Below, in pieces: positions 43,102 to 52,657 of a stretch of DNA of 64,000 nt; position 1 is the first letter of the stretch, and each line of letters begins with the position of its first letter. Position numbers and translations under genes: made by a program. Origin of the DNA: a virus. Where the stretch lies: the IMG/VR virus record IMGVR_UViG_3300043398_000057; one strand, given 5' to 3'. Under the pieces are notes generated by a model that saw only the letters and a list, made by a program, of their open reading frames with translations, was not told where the DNA came from and made no database searches.

Positions 43102-44680
43102 GTTGTTCTTTCTGTGAAATTGATGGATGAATCATAACATCATCAAGGTATTTGTCAATACATTTCTGAACCTCTTTGTGGTCTTCCATCATCTTTTTTG
43201 TAACAATTGTGCCACTAGGGTAAACCCTTAGGAAAGATTGGAGCCTTGACATATCACAAACTTTCTTGACCCACCTTCATAACAACTTCATAGAAGTCTT
43301 TCCGGTAGTCACCAATTCGCATGTCATCCTTGTTCCAAATCATGACTTTCTTGAAAACTAGGTCATGAATCGAAATGTGGTACTTGTCATAAAGGTCTAA
43401 AAACTCTAGCGCATGAACGTATTCGGGGGTTCCATACATTCCCCAAAAGAAATCGTAATACTCTCTTCGCAATTGGTTTTGTTTCGAGATAACGTACTCA
43501 TGACGAATCCCAACAAGGACGAAAAGAACCAGTAGAACCGTGAAGAACACACTAAAAAATTCAGCCATTGTTTTCAACCTTTGCCTTTTCCAAGTATTCA
43601 ACAGTTTCGTAGAAATCAACGCGGAAGTCGCCAGTACACATTTCATACTTTCGCCACATCCAAAATTTCTTCAACACTGCCGTGTCGTAACTCATGTGAT
43701 AGTATTGAAACTTTCCGGTGAAACGTGCAACAACTTCGGGGTGTGTATTGGCGTGTGATTCAAAGAAGCTGAAATACTCATTGATTAGTTCTTTGTACCA
43801 CTTGTGAATAACGTTGTTGCGAATGTTGAAATAGATCAGCACAACACCCATAACAACACCAAAAAGAATCAGAAAAATATCCATGTTAAACACCTCGAAC
43901 GTGAGAGTAAAAGATTGTGTACCATCCTAGAATATGCACACTCGATGCTGAAAGTGTTGCCAGCGTTGGAATCAAAATTTCATAGATCATTGTAGCACCA
44001 CGAAGATATCAGGGTAAGAATTTGTGATTCTGAAAAGATACAGCAACTCTTCATAATCGTTTGTGGTGTGTCCACCTTGATCAAGGAAAACTGTGATTCC
44101 CTCGAACCTCATTCCGCAAAGTTTTTCCATTTCAACACCATGGAAAAATTTGACTCCAAGCATCAATTCTTGAGGTTTCTTGTAGCCCTTAGACATGAAC
44201 ACAATATCATCGGGCCTTGCGGCTTCCTTGATGAATGTGGTGTGTCCCATACCACGACCAAGATTGATCTTCATGAAACGATGGTCAAAGAAAAACTGTT
44301 GTTTTGAAACAAACGAATCGATTCGATTAGCAAGCAACAAGTTAATTTGTTTGCGCTTCGCTTCAAGAATGTCACGGAAATATGTGTGCATCAATTCGAC
44401 CTTTCTTGTTTTTGCTTCAGGGAGTTGAGAAATTGTTGACCTTGAGCCGACTTTTCTTGCATACGCTTTTGAGATTCTTCGGCGTAACGTTGCTGATCAT
44501 ACTCACGAACTTGTTGAGTCAGAATGTAGACAACAACCGGGTTTTGGGGTGCCGCGCGTTGCAGCATCAGATTCTTGTAAACGTCAACAACGTTTTGCGC
44601 TTGTGCGCTTGCGATGCAGACAAACATTGCGGCAGTTGCGATGAATTGCTTGAACATGGTATCTCCTAAGTTGATGATGA

Positions 44681-44735
44681 ATCATAACACATCTGGTGTG
44701 TCTTTGTCAAGAAAAATGGCCCCGAAGGGTCATTT
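44681..44735 (-). promoter_or_regulatory. Terminator hairpin followed by sigma70 promoter
   Basis: aatgaccc-ttcg-gggccattttt, then TTGACA-18-TATGAT. Confidence 0.6.
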
Positions 44736-44737
44736 GT

Positions 44738-46198
44738 TTACAGAGTTGCGCGAACTCGCTTGACGGCTTCCTTAAAGTTGCCATCACGAATATACGGTTC
44801 GGGATTATAGTCATTCATAGCGTAATACAAGATTTCGACATTCTCCCATAGAGGACCGACTTCTTCATAGTGTGCAAAAGTCTTGTATTCACCGGTCACA
44901 CAATTCATGTAAAGCGTTTGAATACCACGCTTCGATTCTTTGCCGGGATCGGTGATAGGACTCTTGTAAATGTTCTTTTCAACACGATCAACAACCACAA
45001 ACGATTGCTTCATGGCAACCTTGAGCCAGTCACGATCACATGCTTGCAGCAGAGCGCCACCCATACCGAAGACGATGTTTTCCGAAGACCAATTAGCATC
45101 CTTCAGAATCTGAAGAATTTTATTGATGCTTTGCATGTTCACACCGTCACCTTGCAGAACACGGATGCAGTCGGGAAGAACCTTGTAACCCTTACTGTTG
45201 ATGGTGTAGCCGAAACCTTCACCCAAAATTTCAAGAATCTTGGGCAAGATCACACGCGCATCACCAGAGTCGGGGCGGACAACAAAACGACCACCAGACT
45301 TGATGATTCGATCCTTGAACACGGTTGCAACACGTTCAGTGAAACGATACACATTAAAGGTATCAGCAACCGCCGAAACGATACCACCCTCACGCTCAAG
45401 CAGACTGACCATCATTTCGAGTGCGTCAATGTCTTCCTTGTTTTCACAGTCACTGTTTGCGCAAGTGACAGAGTGTTCAGAGGCGAGAACGCTGAAAGCG
45501 GGCATGGATGCATCATCTTCTTCATCCAGACCGTAATAGTCATACAAGTGAGTGATTGCTTGCATGGTATCGGTACCGTTGAAACTCAGCAAGTGACCGG
45601 AACCACCACGACCGGCAGTTTCAACCGAAGATGCGCCACGGAAACCGAAATCATGCAGTGCAAAATCCAACCCACCCATACGGTCATCATCAACGGTTTC
45701 TTGCCAGAACTGACCAATGTTCTGGCGGCACTGATACGACAGGCTTGCAACCGTGATAGGATACCAGATGTTCAGCAGCAGAGGTTCAACATAGGAAACA
45801 ACCCATGCGAAATCGGGGTGGGTGTTGGAAACACCAATCAGAGAATTCTTCAGAGGAATGACAGAACCTTCCTTTGCACCAGTGATGGTTATCGGAAGAT
45901 AACCATTGAACTCGGTCACGATTCGCTTCCAACCTTCATAGTTGAATGCACCGGGCTTCAGGTGACGATCAGCAAAACGCTTGGCACGTTCAACATCTCG
46001 CATGGTGACAGGCTTGCTCAGGTACTTCTTCACCGTGTAAACGATATCCCAAACAACACTTTGTTCGATACCAACGGTATCACCACGACTCTCGATGTAA
46101 GAGAATGCATAGGTAGTGTTTGCAGGTTCCATCTTCCAGTGACCAACCTTGTAGGAATCGGTCAGCAGGGGCAGAACATCAGAGAGAAAATCAGACAT
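44738..46198 (-). CDS. nadV: Nicotinamide phosphoribosyltransferase
   Basis: TDSYK.GH, SYIESRG, WYP.TVA, LHDFGFRG, GTDT, SEHS, VRPDSGD, QGDG, FGMGGALLQ motifs. Confidence 0.95.
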   Translation of the reverse strand: MSDFLSDVLPLLTDSYKVGHWKMEPANTTYAFSYIESRGDTVGIEQSVVWDIVYTVKKYLSKPVTMRDVERAKRFADRHLKPGAFNYEGWKRIVTEFNGYLPITITGAKEGSVIPLKNSLIGVSNTHPDFAWVVSYVEPLLLNIWYPITVASLSYQCRQNIGQFWQETVDDDRMGGLDFALHDFGFRGASSVETAGRGGSGHLLSFNGTDTMQAITHLYDYYGLDEEDDASMPAFSVLASEHSVTCANSDCENKEDIDALEMMVSLLEREGGIVSAVADTFNVYRFTERVATVFKDRIIKSGGRFVVRPDSGDARVILPKILEILGEGFGYTINSKGYKVLPDCIRVLQGDGVNMQSINKILQILKDANWSSENIVFGMGGALLQACDRDWLKVAMKQSFVVVDRVEKNIYKSPITDPGKESKRGIQTLYMNCVTGEYKTFAHYEEVGPLWENVEILYYAMNDYNPEPYIRDGNFKEAVKRVRATL

Positions 46199-46224
46199 TT
46201 GAAACTCCTTCAAATTGAGGTTGA

Positions 46225-46252
46225 TGTTTACTTGGGTCTATCCCGTTCAACA
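46225..46252 (-). promoter_or_regulatory. Conserved leader hairpin upstream of nadV
   Basis: tgtt-GAACGGGATAGACCCAAGTA-aaca; the 20-nt core is identical to 47374-47393. Confidence 0.6.
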
Positions 46253-46292
46253 TGTTGAGATTGTAGCACCCTTTGAACCCGGGTGCAATAGG

Positions 46293-47348
46293 TTATTTGA
46301 TGCGAGAACGCAACGTTTCGATGATGCTGAAGTGATCTTCGAAAATCTTGTGACTGTTTTCGATGATTTCAGCAAATGAAATCCAACGTGCACCGTAGGT
46401 TTCAGTTGGGCAACCCTTGATTTTGGGCAGACGATTTTCACCAACAAGGTTGAAAATGTATGCGTGAGTGATCGTTCGGCCACGGGTAGAACGCAACGGG
46501 TGATCAAAAACTTCGGAACTCACCAACGAACCGCGCATGACCTTTTCAGGCACACCAATGTTGGTTTCTTCATAAAGTTCCTTGATACAGTTGTCAAAAA
46601 TCTTGATATTCTGTTCAAGGAACCCACCCGGAAGTGCGTATTGACCCTTACCGGTGCTTGCCGAACGCTTGACCATCAGGATGTGACCATTACACACAAC
46701 CACAGCGTCAGTGGTGACAAAGGTGGGTGCATATGGCGCGTTGTTCCACGATTCTTTGTAAGCCTTGACAAGTAGATATTCATCAACCATTGCGGCTTCA
46801 TCACTGATGGACCAAAGATCGGTCAAACTCCATGCATCGGCATAGTGAACCTTACCAGACTTGATCAGATTTTGAAATTCCGTGTAATTGGAAAACAACG
46901 CATCACGGACACGGGTTCCATCGATATCTTGATTGTTTGGAATGTGCATGAAATCAAACCCGAAGATTCGCAGGTAGTAGGTTGTTTCATCCTTATCGGA
47001 ACCAACCACAACCACATCTTTGGGATTGTAGGTCATGTTTCGAGTTTCAAACCATTGACGAACAGTGCTTTGAATTTGTTGAACCCACTGCGCATCATTG
47101 TAGAGATAGTCTTGCGCAAACGACAACGTGAATTCATCACGGTTGTAACGACTTGTAAGCGCACGATCAATGATCTTCATGCGGATTTGGTGGGGAACCG
47201 GGTTTCGAATGCTTGGCGCAGAAAACGCAGAACCGACAACGATCAGAGTGTGATCAGCAGTTTTGTTGGCAGCTTCGAAAAGTTCAAAATGACCACTGTG
47301 AGGCAGTGGTTGAAAACGCCCAATGACTAGGGCCAGCTTGTATGACAT
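46293..47348 (-). CDS. Bifunctional NMN adenylyltransferase / ADP-ribose Nudix hydrolase (NadM-Nudix, NatV-like)
   Basis: IGRFQP.PH.GH, PY.PTFVT.DAVV, ALPGGF, EL.EET, RS.RGRTITHA, FEDH motifs. Confidence 0.92.
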   Translation of the reverse strand: MSYKLALVIGRFQPLPHSGHFELFEAANKTADHTLIVVGSAFSAPSIRNPVPHQIRMKIIDRALTSRYNRDEFTLSFAQDYLYNDAQWVQQIQSTVRQWFETRNMTYNPKDVVVVGSDKDETTYYLRIFGFDFMHIPNNQDIDGTRVRDALFSNYTEFQNLIKSGKVHYADAWSLTDLWSISDEAAMVDEYLLVKAYKESWNNAPYAPTFVTTDAVVVCNGHILMVKRSASTGKGQYALPGGFLEQNIKIFDNCIKELYEETNIGVPEKVMRGSLVSSEVFDHPLRSTRGRTITHAYIFNLVGENRLPKIKGCPTETYGARWISFAEIIENSHKIFEDHFSIIETLRSRIK

Positions 47349-47371
47349 ACAAAACTCCTTTGCAAATAAAA

Positions 47372-47395
47372 CCTACTTGGGTCTATCCCGTTCGG
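47372..47395 (-). promoter_or_regulatory. Conserved leader hairpin upstream of NadM-Nudix
   Basis: cc-GAACGGGATAGACCCAAGTA-gg. Confidence 0.6.
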
Positions 47396-47403
47396 CATGG
47401 TAC

Positions 47404-47694
47404 TTACTTTACCAGTTGGAATGTCTTTTTGTCAACCTGTTGACGCCACAAAAACACGTTCGTCATATGGGCATACAACCTACCTACAGATTGATCACCA
47501 AGAATAGAGTAACTGTAGCACAGTTGCCCCTTTTTGATTGGTTCACGTTCAAGTTGGTTGATGAAGTATTCCCAAAACAGTTGTGATTCTTCAGTCTCAG
47601 CGTTGTCAAATTCTTGAATCGCTTGATCAACTACAGCACACCAACGGTTTTTCTTGACCGATACAATCTTCGTAGCCTAAACGTTTCCGGTCAT
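47404..47694 (-). CDS. Hypothetical protein (not in ORF track; TAG at 47677-47679)
   Basis: ATGA-coupled start; MTGNV*ATKIV... runs 97 codons to TAA and fills the gap. Confidence 0.55.
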
Positions 47695-47946
47695 AGCTTC
47701 ACCATTTCGTAAAGTTGTGCACGGTTCATGAACTCGCAATCCTTTTCAGCATCAACCAGATAACGGTAAATGCTATGTGCACCTTTATCGACAGCACCCT
47801 TGACAGGCTTGAACGTCACCGCATCAAGCATGACCATACAGAACTTGTCAAGATGTGGAACATAGATCAGCTTGAACAAAGTGTTGTCCAATTCGCAAAT
47901 CGTTCCACGGGGTGCAGTCAGAATTGATGCCGGATGCGTATTCAGG

Positions 47947-48264
47947 TTAATGATCTTGTCCATCTTCACACCTCAAATAGTTAGAGATTGAGTGATACTT
48001 CTCGATACGATCAACTTTTTGTTTGGCAACATCTTTGTCAATCAAAGGGTCGGTAATACCAAGTTCATGCTTGAGCATCATCATACACGAAAACAGTTCA
48101 GAAAACTCGGTAAAGAGATGTTCAATGTTGGTTTTCTCCAACACCACACCATCAGAGGTTTGTTGATGGTTGTGGTAGCCAAACTTTTGACACTTGGACT
48201 ATGCTTGTGCAACTTCAGCACACTCTTCCATGACCGACAGACCGATAAAATCAATTCGCTTCAT
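47947..48264 (-). CDS. MazG-like NTP pyrophosphohydrolase, TAG at 48199-48201
   Basis: MEECAEVAQA*SKCQKFG...N.E.L..E..EL; TGATG-coupled to gp46. Confidence 0.75.
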
Positions 48265-49967
48265 CACTTTCCTTCCAAGTAGCTGAACCCGTCAACGTCC
48301 TTAGAGAACGTCACAACATCATCAAACAGGTGGGTGATACCGGTGTCAGTTGCCTTGTGAGAAACCACATAGACGCCCATATCATCAAATTCCTTATCGT
48401 AGAACATTTCAATCATGGTCACGAATGAATCACCGGCAAGGGTTTCCAGAACTTCGTCACAGAACAGAATGTTACACTGGAACTTCGCCTTCAACTGGCT
48501 AATCTTTCGGAATGCCATCAAGATAGCCATGTCCAACTTTGCCTTCTCGCCACGACTCAAATTGTTGTAGCTGAAGTTGTCGCGATCACGACTCAGAATC
48601 TGCTCATTGAATTCACCATCAAAACTGAATTTTGTTGACAGTTCAAGCATGTCGGTGTAATCATAAACAGCAGAGTTGAACTCTGACAGGTATTGCTCGA
48701 TAACCGATTTCTTGATACCGTCATCCTTCAGAATTTGAGTCATCACCGCGCCGATTGAAACTTGTTCTTGCAGCTTGGCGATTTCGCCCTTCATGGTCTT
48801 GGCACGGGCAGCAATCGATTTTGCTTCTTCCTTAGCTTCGGTCAGCTTACTTTCATCAATGCTTTGTAGCTTTGATTTGATTTGTGATGCACGTTGTTTG
48901 ATAGAGTTTGACTCGGTGCTGATCATCTGAAGTTGCTGAATCAGGTTTGTGGATTCTTGGCGAAGGTCGGCTGGTTCAACAAGAACACCAAAGTTTTCAA
49001 TCTTGTCGAGCGTCTTAGCGAGTTTGTCTTTCGCCCCAACAATACATTCTTCAGCATGTGCAATTGTTCGGTCAACCTTTTCACCGGAAATAGAACTTGA
49101 ACATGTTGGACAAACACCAGCGATCTTCTTCTTTTTCTCAGCGTCTTCAATTTCTTGCTTGTATTTGATAACCGAATTCTTGAGATTTTGCAGTTCTCGT
49201 TCACGGTCATAGTACGCATCAAGTTGTTCCTTGATTTTCTGACTTTGTTCGGTCAGCTTTTCATAGGGTTCGGTGACTTCCTGATACTTCAGACGACACT
49301 CTTCCAACTCATTGGTAAGTGTGGTCTTTTGATCACCAAGCATTTCACTGATGGTTTCGACAGTCTTGGTAGCGAGTTGGAACTTTTCTTTCAGGGCTTC
49401 ATAGTTGTTTTGCATTGTCTGCAAATTCTTCTGAGCGTCCTTATATTCCTTGGCGTGAATATCCTTCATCATCGTGAGAATACCAAGGTCAATGATTTCG
49501 TCAACAAATGACCGGCGTTCGGCAGCTTTCATCATCATGAACGGTTGATAGTTTTCAACGCTGATCATGACGGTTCGGATGAAGTGCTTGTAGTCGCAAC
49601 CAATCACGCTATCGAGGTATGTCTGATAGTCGCCAACGCGCGTTTGGTCAAGCAAAACGCCATCTTCATAGATTTCAAAGATGTTAGGCTTGATGCCACG
49701 GACAACACGATATTCAATTGTTCCGCGATTGAACTCGATTTCGGTGACGCAATTCTTGTTGTTGATGGTGTTGACAATCTGAGGCTTGTTAAGTTCCTTG
49801 ATAGGCTTACCGAACAGCGCAAACACAACAGCCGAAACCAGTGTTGACTTGCCAGCACCATTTTTACCAACAATCAAGAACTTTCCGTGCTGAAAATCAA
49901 ACTCAATCTCAGCGTTACCGGTAGAAAAGAAGTTCTTGTACTTGACTTTCTTGAAATTTACGATCAT
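48264..49967 (-). CDS. gp46: Recombination endonuclease ATPase subunit gp46 (Rad50-like)
   Basis: YKNF.STGN, G.NGAGKST, CPTC hook, LS.GE, CDE, SH motifs. Confidence 0.95.
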   Translation of the reverse strand: MIVNFKKVKYKNFFSTGNAEIEFDFQHGKFLIVGKNGAGKSTLVSAVVFALFGKPIKELNKPQIVNTINNKNCVTEIEFNRGTIEYRVVRGIKPNIFEIYEDGVLLDQTRVGDYQTYLDSVIGCDYKHFIRTVMISVENYQPFMMMKAAERRSFVDEIIDLGILTMMKDIHAKEYKDAQKNLQTMQNNYEALKEKFQLATKTVETISEMLGDQKTTLTNELEECRLKYQEVTEPYEKLTEQSQKIKEQLDAYYDRERELQNLKNSVIKYKQEIEDAEKKKKIAGVCPTCSSSISGEKVDRTIAHAEECIVGAKDKLAKTLDKIENFGVLVEPADLRQESTNLIQQLQMISTESNSIKQRASQIKSKLQSIDESKLTEAKEEAKSIAARAKTMKGEIAKLQEQVSIGAVMTQILKDDGIKKSVIEQYLSEFNSAVYDYTDMLELSTKFSFDGEFNEQILSRDRDNFSYNNLSRGEKAKLDMAILMAFRKISQLKAKFQCNILFCDEVLETLAGDSFVTMIEMFYDKEFDDMGVYVVSHKATDTGITHLFDDVVTFSKDVDGFSYLEGK

Positions 49968-51031
49968 TGTGGTGTAGTCTCCGCAACAGTTTTGAGTCTA
50001 TTCAACTCGTTCATGATTTTTTCCTTGTCGAAATCGGTGTCCATCTTCTGAACAAAGTTGCTCATGATGGTGTCAATGTCCGAGTCTACCACAGTTGGCG
50101 CGGGCGTTTGTTCTTCACCGTCTTCAGTTTCGGTGACAACCTCAGTCTTAACGAATACCGTTTTATCGATGGTGTTCACAGTGTGAGGATTGGCCTTAGC
50201 GACAGCATCCATGTACTTGTTGAAAGTCTTCATGTTGGTGCGCTTTTTGATGATGATGCGAACCTTTTTTCCGGCAATTTCGCCAATCTCGTTCTTTTCA
50301 TCTTCATGGTAGTCAAGACTCACATGAACCTTGTTCGGGTTCTCGATACGCGCGATCTTACCCGTTTCGGTATCGAGCACTTCAAAGCCCCGGGAACAGC
50401 CGTAATCGGCCCATGTCAGTTCGTAAGGTGTGCCGACATACCGAACGTTGTCCTTGGTGCTTGGTTCGTGATAGTGCCCGCTAAACACGGTCTTGAACTT
50501 ATCGAAAATTTCGGTATGGTTCAAACCATGGGTCGCATTTCGACCCTTGTAAAGTGGGAAGTCGTTAAACTCGAAGTGACCGACACAATACTTCTTTTCA
50601 GTCTCATTCAGAAACTTCATCATCGAGTCATGATTGGTCTGATTGATCCATGGAACAATGGCGAAACTACCCCATTCGATAGGTTCATTATCGACCACAA
50701 CAAAGTGTTCATTATCGGGAACAATCGAACGAATCGCGTTAACTCGATTAGTGTTCTTATAGGTCGAATCATGGTTGCCACACAGAATGACACACTTCAT
50801 ACCATATTCAACAATCTTCTCGAAAAAGAAACTTTGAACACTCATTACACTTTCATAACTTGCGCCCTTTGGACGGTCGAACAAGTCACCAGTTTGAATG
50901 ATGTGATAAATCTTGTTCTTGATCAGTGTCGGGAAAAACACATCATCAAAAAACTGTTTCTGGTACTGCATGTAATACAAATCACCATTACCAATATCAA
51001 AGTGGGTGTCACCCAAAATCGCAATACGCAT
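49964..51031 (-). CDS. gp47: Recombination nuclease gp47 (Mre11-like)
   Basis: GDTHF, GD.FD, GNHD, GHFE, SGHYH, Y.GTPYELTW.D motifs. Confidence 0.95.
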   Translation of the reverse strand: MRIAILGDTHFDIGNGDLYYMQYQKQFFDDVFFPTLIKNKIYHIIQTGDLFDRPKGASYESVMSVQSFFFEKIVEYGMKCVILCGNHDSTYKNTNRVNAIRSIVPDNEHFVVVDNEPIEWGSFAIVPWINQTNHDSMMKFLNETEKKYCVGHFEFNDFPLYKGRNATHGLNHTEIFDKFKTVFSGHYHEPSTKDNVRYVGTPYELTWADYGCSRGFEVLDTETGKIARIENPNKVHVSLDYHEDEKNEIGEIAGKKVRIIIKKRTNMKTFNKYMDAVAKANPHTVNTIDKTVFVKTEVVTETEDGEEQTPAPTVVDSDIDTIMSNFVQKMDTDFDKEKIMNELNRLKTVAETTPQ

Positions 51032-51322
51032 TATCAGTTTCTCCAAGTTGCTTTGGCTTCAACTTCAGCAAATGTTGTTTGCTCAATTTCAATGAGTTGA
51101 TCCAAGAAATGATTCGCCAGTTTAACCCACAATTCGCACGCAAGACCTGCATGAACAACTCTATCAATCTTTTCCAGAACATTCAGTGCAGTGAAATCCC
51201 AATCGTTTGTTTCCTTGAAAAACTTCGTGATAACGGGTTCACACAATTCTTCAGGTGCTGTGCGCAGAAGTTCAACAGTTTGGGCGATATCGCCAGTAAA
51301 TTTCAACATCGTATCTCCAATG

Positions 51323-51382
51323 AAAAATGCGGGAAATGATAGAATGTGATCAGTTTACCACACCTACCATACTTCCCGCATT
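51323..51382 (-). terminator. Long hairpin with U-tail
   Basis: aatgcgggaa...ttcccgcatt with a paired interior, then ttt on the - strand. Confidence 0.55.
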
Positions 51383-51397
51383 CGTGTTACAAATTTC

Positions 51398-51625
51398 TCA
51401 GTCGAGGTACTTCAGAAGGTCGTTGTAACCGCCAATGTGGGTTTCGCCAATGAAAATCTGAGGCATGGAACGATACCCACCCTCACTGATGAAACGCATA
51501 GCGTCAACGTCTTCGTCAATCGAGCGAACATCAATGGTATAACCCTTGCTTTCCAGAAGCATCTTGGCTTTCTTGCAGTTGGCACAGTTGTTCATGGAAT
51601 AGAGGACAACATTACTTGCAGTCAT
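51398..51625 (-). CDS. Glutaredoxin (NrdH-like)
   Basis: CANC, RSMPQIFI...HIGGY.DL motifs. Confidence 0.9.
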   Translation of the reverse strand: MTASNVVLYSMNNCANCKKAKMLLESKGYTIDVRSIDEDVDAMRFISEGGYRSMPQIFIGETHIGGYNDLLKYLD

Positions 51626-51936
51626 TTAGAATCCTTTCGTTATCTTTTTGTTGATGCGGGTGAAAACCGGAATTTTACTAATCCAGTGGTGAAACTTTAG
51701 TTGCTTTTCCAGACCGGGCAACTTGTCTTGATTGACCGAAACCGATTCTGTCATGAAAGGGTTATCGGTTGTTAGGAAGATCGTGATTTGGTTTTCCTTT
51801 GTTGGAATGTATGATAACTGATGGGCAAAATAGTCCATCCAATTATCAACTTCCATCGGGGCCTTTTCTTGCGTTGCAATTACCTGAACCGGTTCAGGCT
51901 TTTCTTCAACCTCTTCAGAAAAGAAATCGGCCAAAG

Positions 51937-52179
51937 TCATCCCAAAAACTCCGTCAACGTGATGCCACGCTTGATGTAACCAAGTTCTTGAAAGTTTACC
52001 TCAAGTTTTTCCTTGATTGCCTGAGACATGAACTTTTTAATGTCTTCAGGGTCGGTGTCGTATTCCTCACAGAATTTCAACACCGCATCAATGTAAGAAA
52101 GTTCATCATGGATGACATAGTTTTCAATGATTACCGAAAACTTGCTTGGTGTCATGATTGAATCGTGATCACTGCTCAT
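51937..52179 (-). CDS. gp33: Late transcription co-activator gp33
   Basis: FS..IE..V.....SYIDA...FCE....D.E...K.....IKEKL motif. Confidence 0.8.
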   Translation of the reverse strand: MSSDHDSIMTPSKFSVIIENYVIHDELSYIDAVLKFCEEYDTDPEDIKKFMSQAIKEKLEVNFQELGYIKRGITLTEFLG

Positions 52180-52657
52180 TGTCAATCCTCTCGAAACCGC
52201 GTTCGGGGAACACACGACAGAAGTATTCAAACGTGATGTTCGGGTAAACTTCAGGTAGAGACTTTTTGTAACATGCGTACACAAATTCGGCTTCACTCTT
52301 TGGCATGGTTTCGAGGTAATGCACAAAGTGCATATCATTGTGCAACTTGGCGAAACCTGTATTTGGTGCAGAGGTCAGCGACTTACCCATTCTACGCCAG
52401 AAGTAAGTGAACGTGTTGTCGGCCAAAACTTCATCATGAGGAAAAGGCTTGTAGGTCAGGTCATCACTGAGATTCCACCATGTGAATCCCATGAAGCTGT
52501 ATTCCACAAGATCAATGGCCCATGGGTGAAGTTGTCGAATCATCGACGAATGCGGGTTCTTCGCAATATCCTCATTGACTTTGCGAAGTTGTTCACCTAC
52601 AGTTGTATAACCGTTTAGCATGGCTTGCGCCCTTTCATATTGTGACTCAAAATTCAT
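52169..52657 (-). CDS. Conserved T4-like protein next to RNase H
   Basis: Y.F....W.L.....YKP and F...LE....EAE patterns; synteny. Confidence 0.55.
   Translation of the reverse strand: MNFESQYERAQAMLNGYTTVGEQLRKVNEDIAKNPHSSMIRQLHPWAIDLVEYSFMGFTWWNLSDDLTYKPFPHDEVLADNTFTYFWRRMGKSLTSAPNTGFAKLHNDMHFVHYLETMPKSEAEFVYACYKKSLPEVYPNITFEYFCRVFPERGFERIDNEQ

Noticed and set aside
44870-46258. Long + strand ORFs (44870-46258, 49967-51100, 24640-25395, 35094-35813, 58821-59525)
   Set aside because: Antisense shadows of well-supported - strand genes, with no motifs or RBS.
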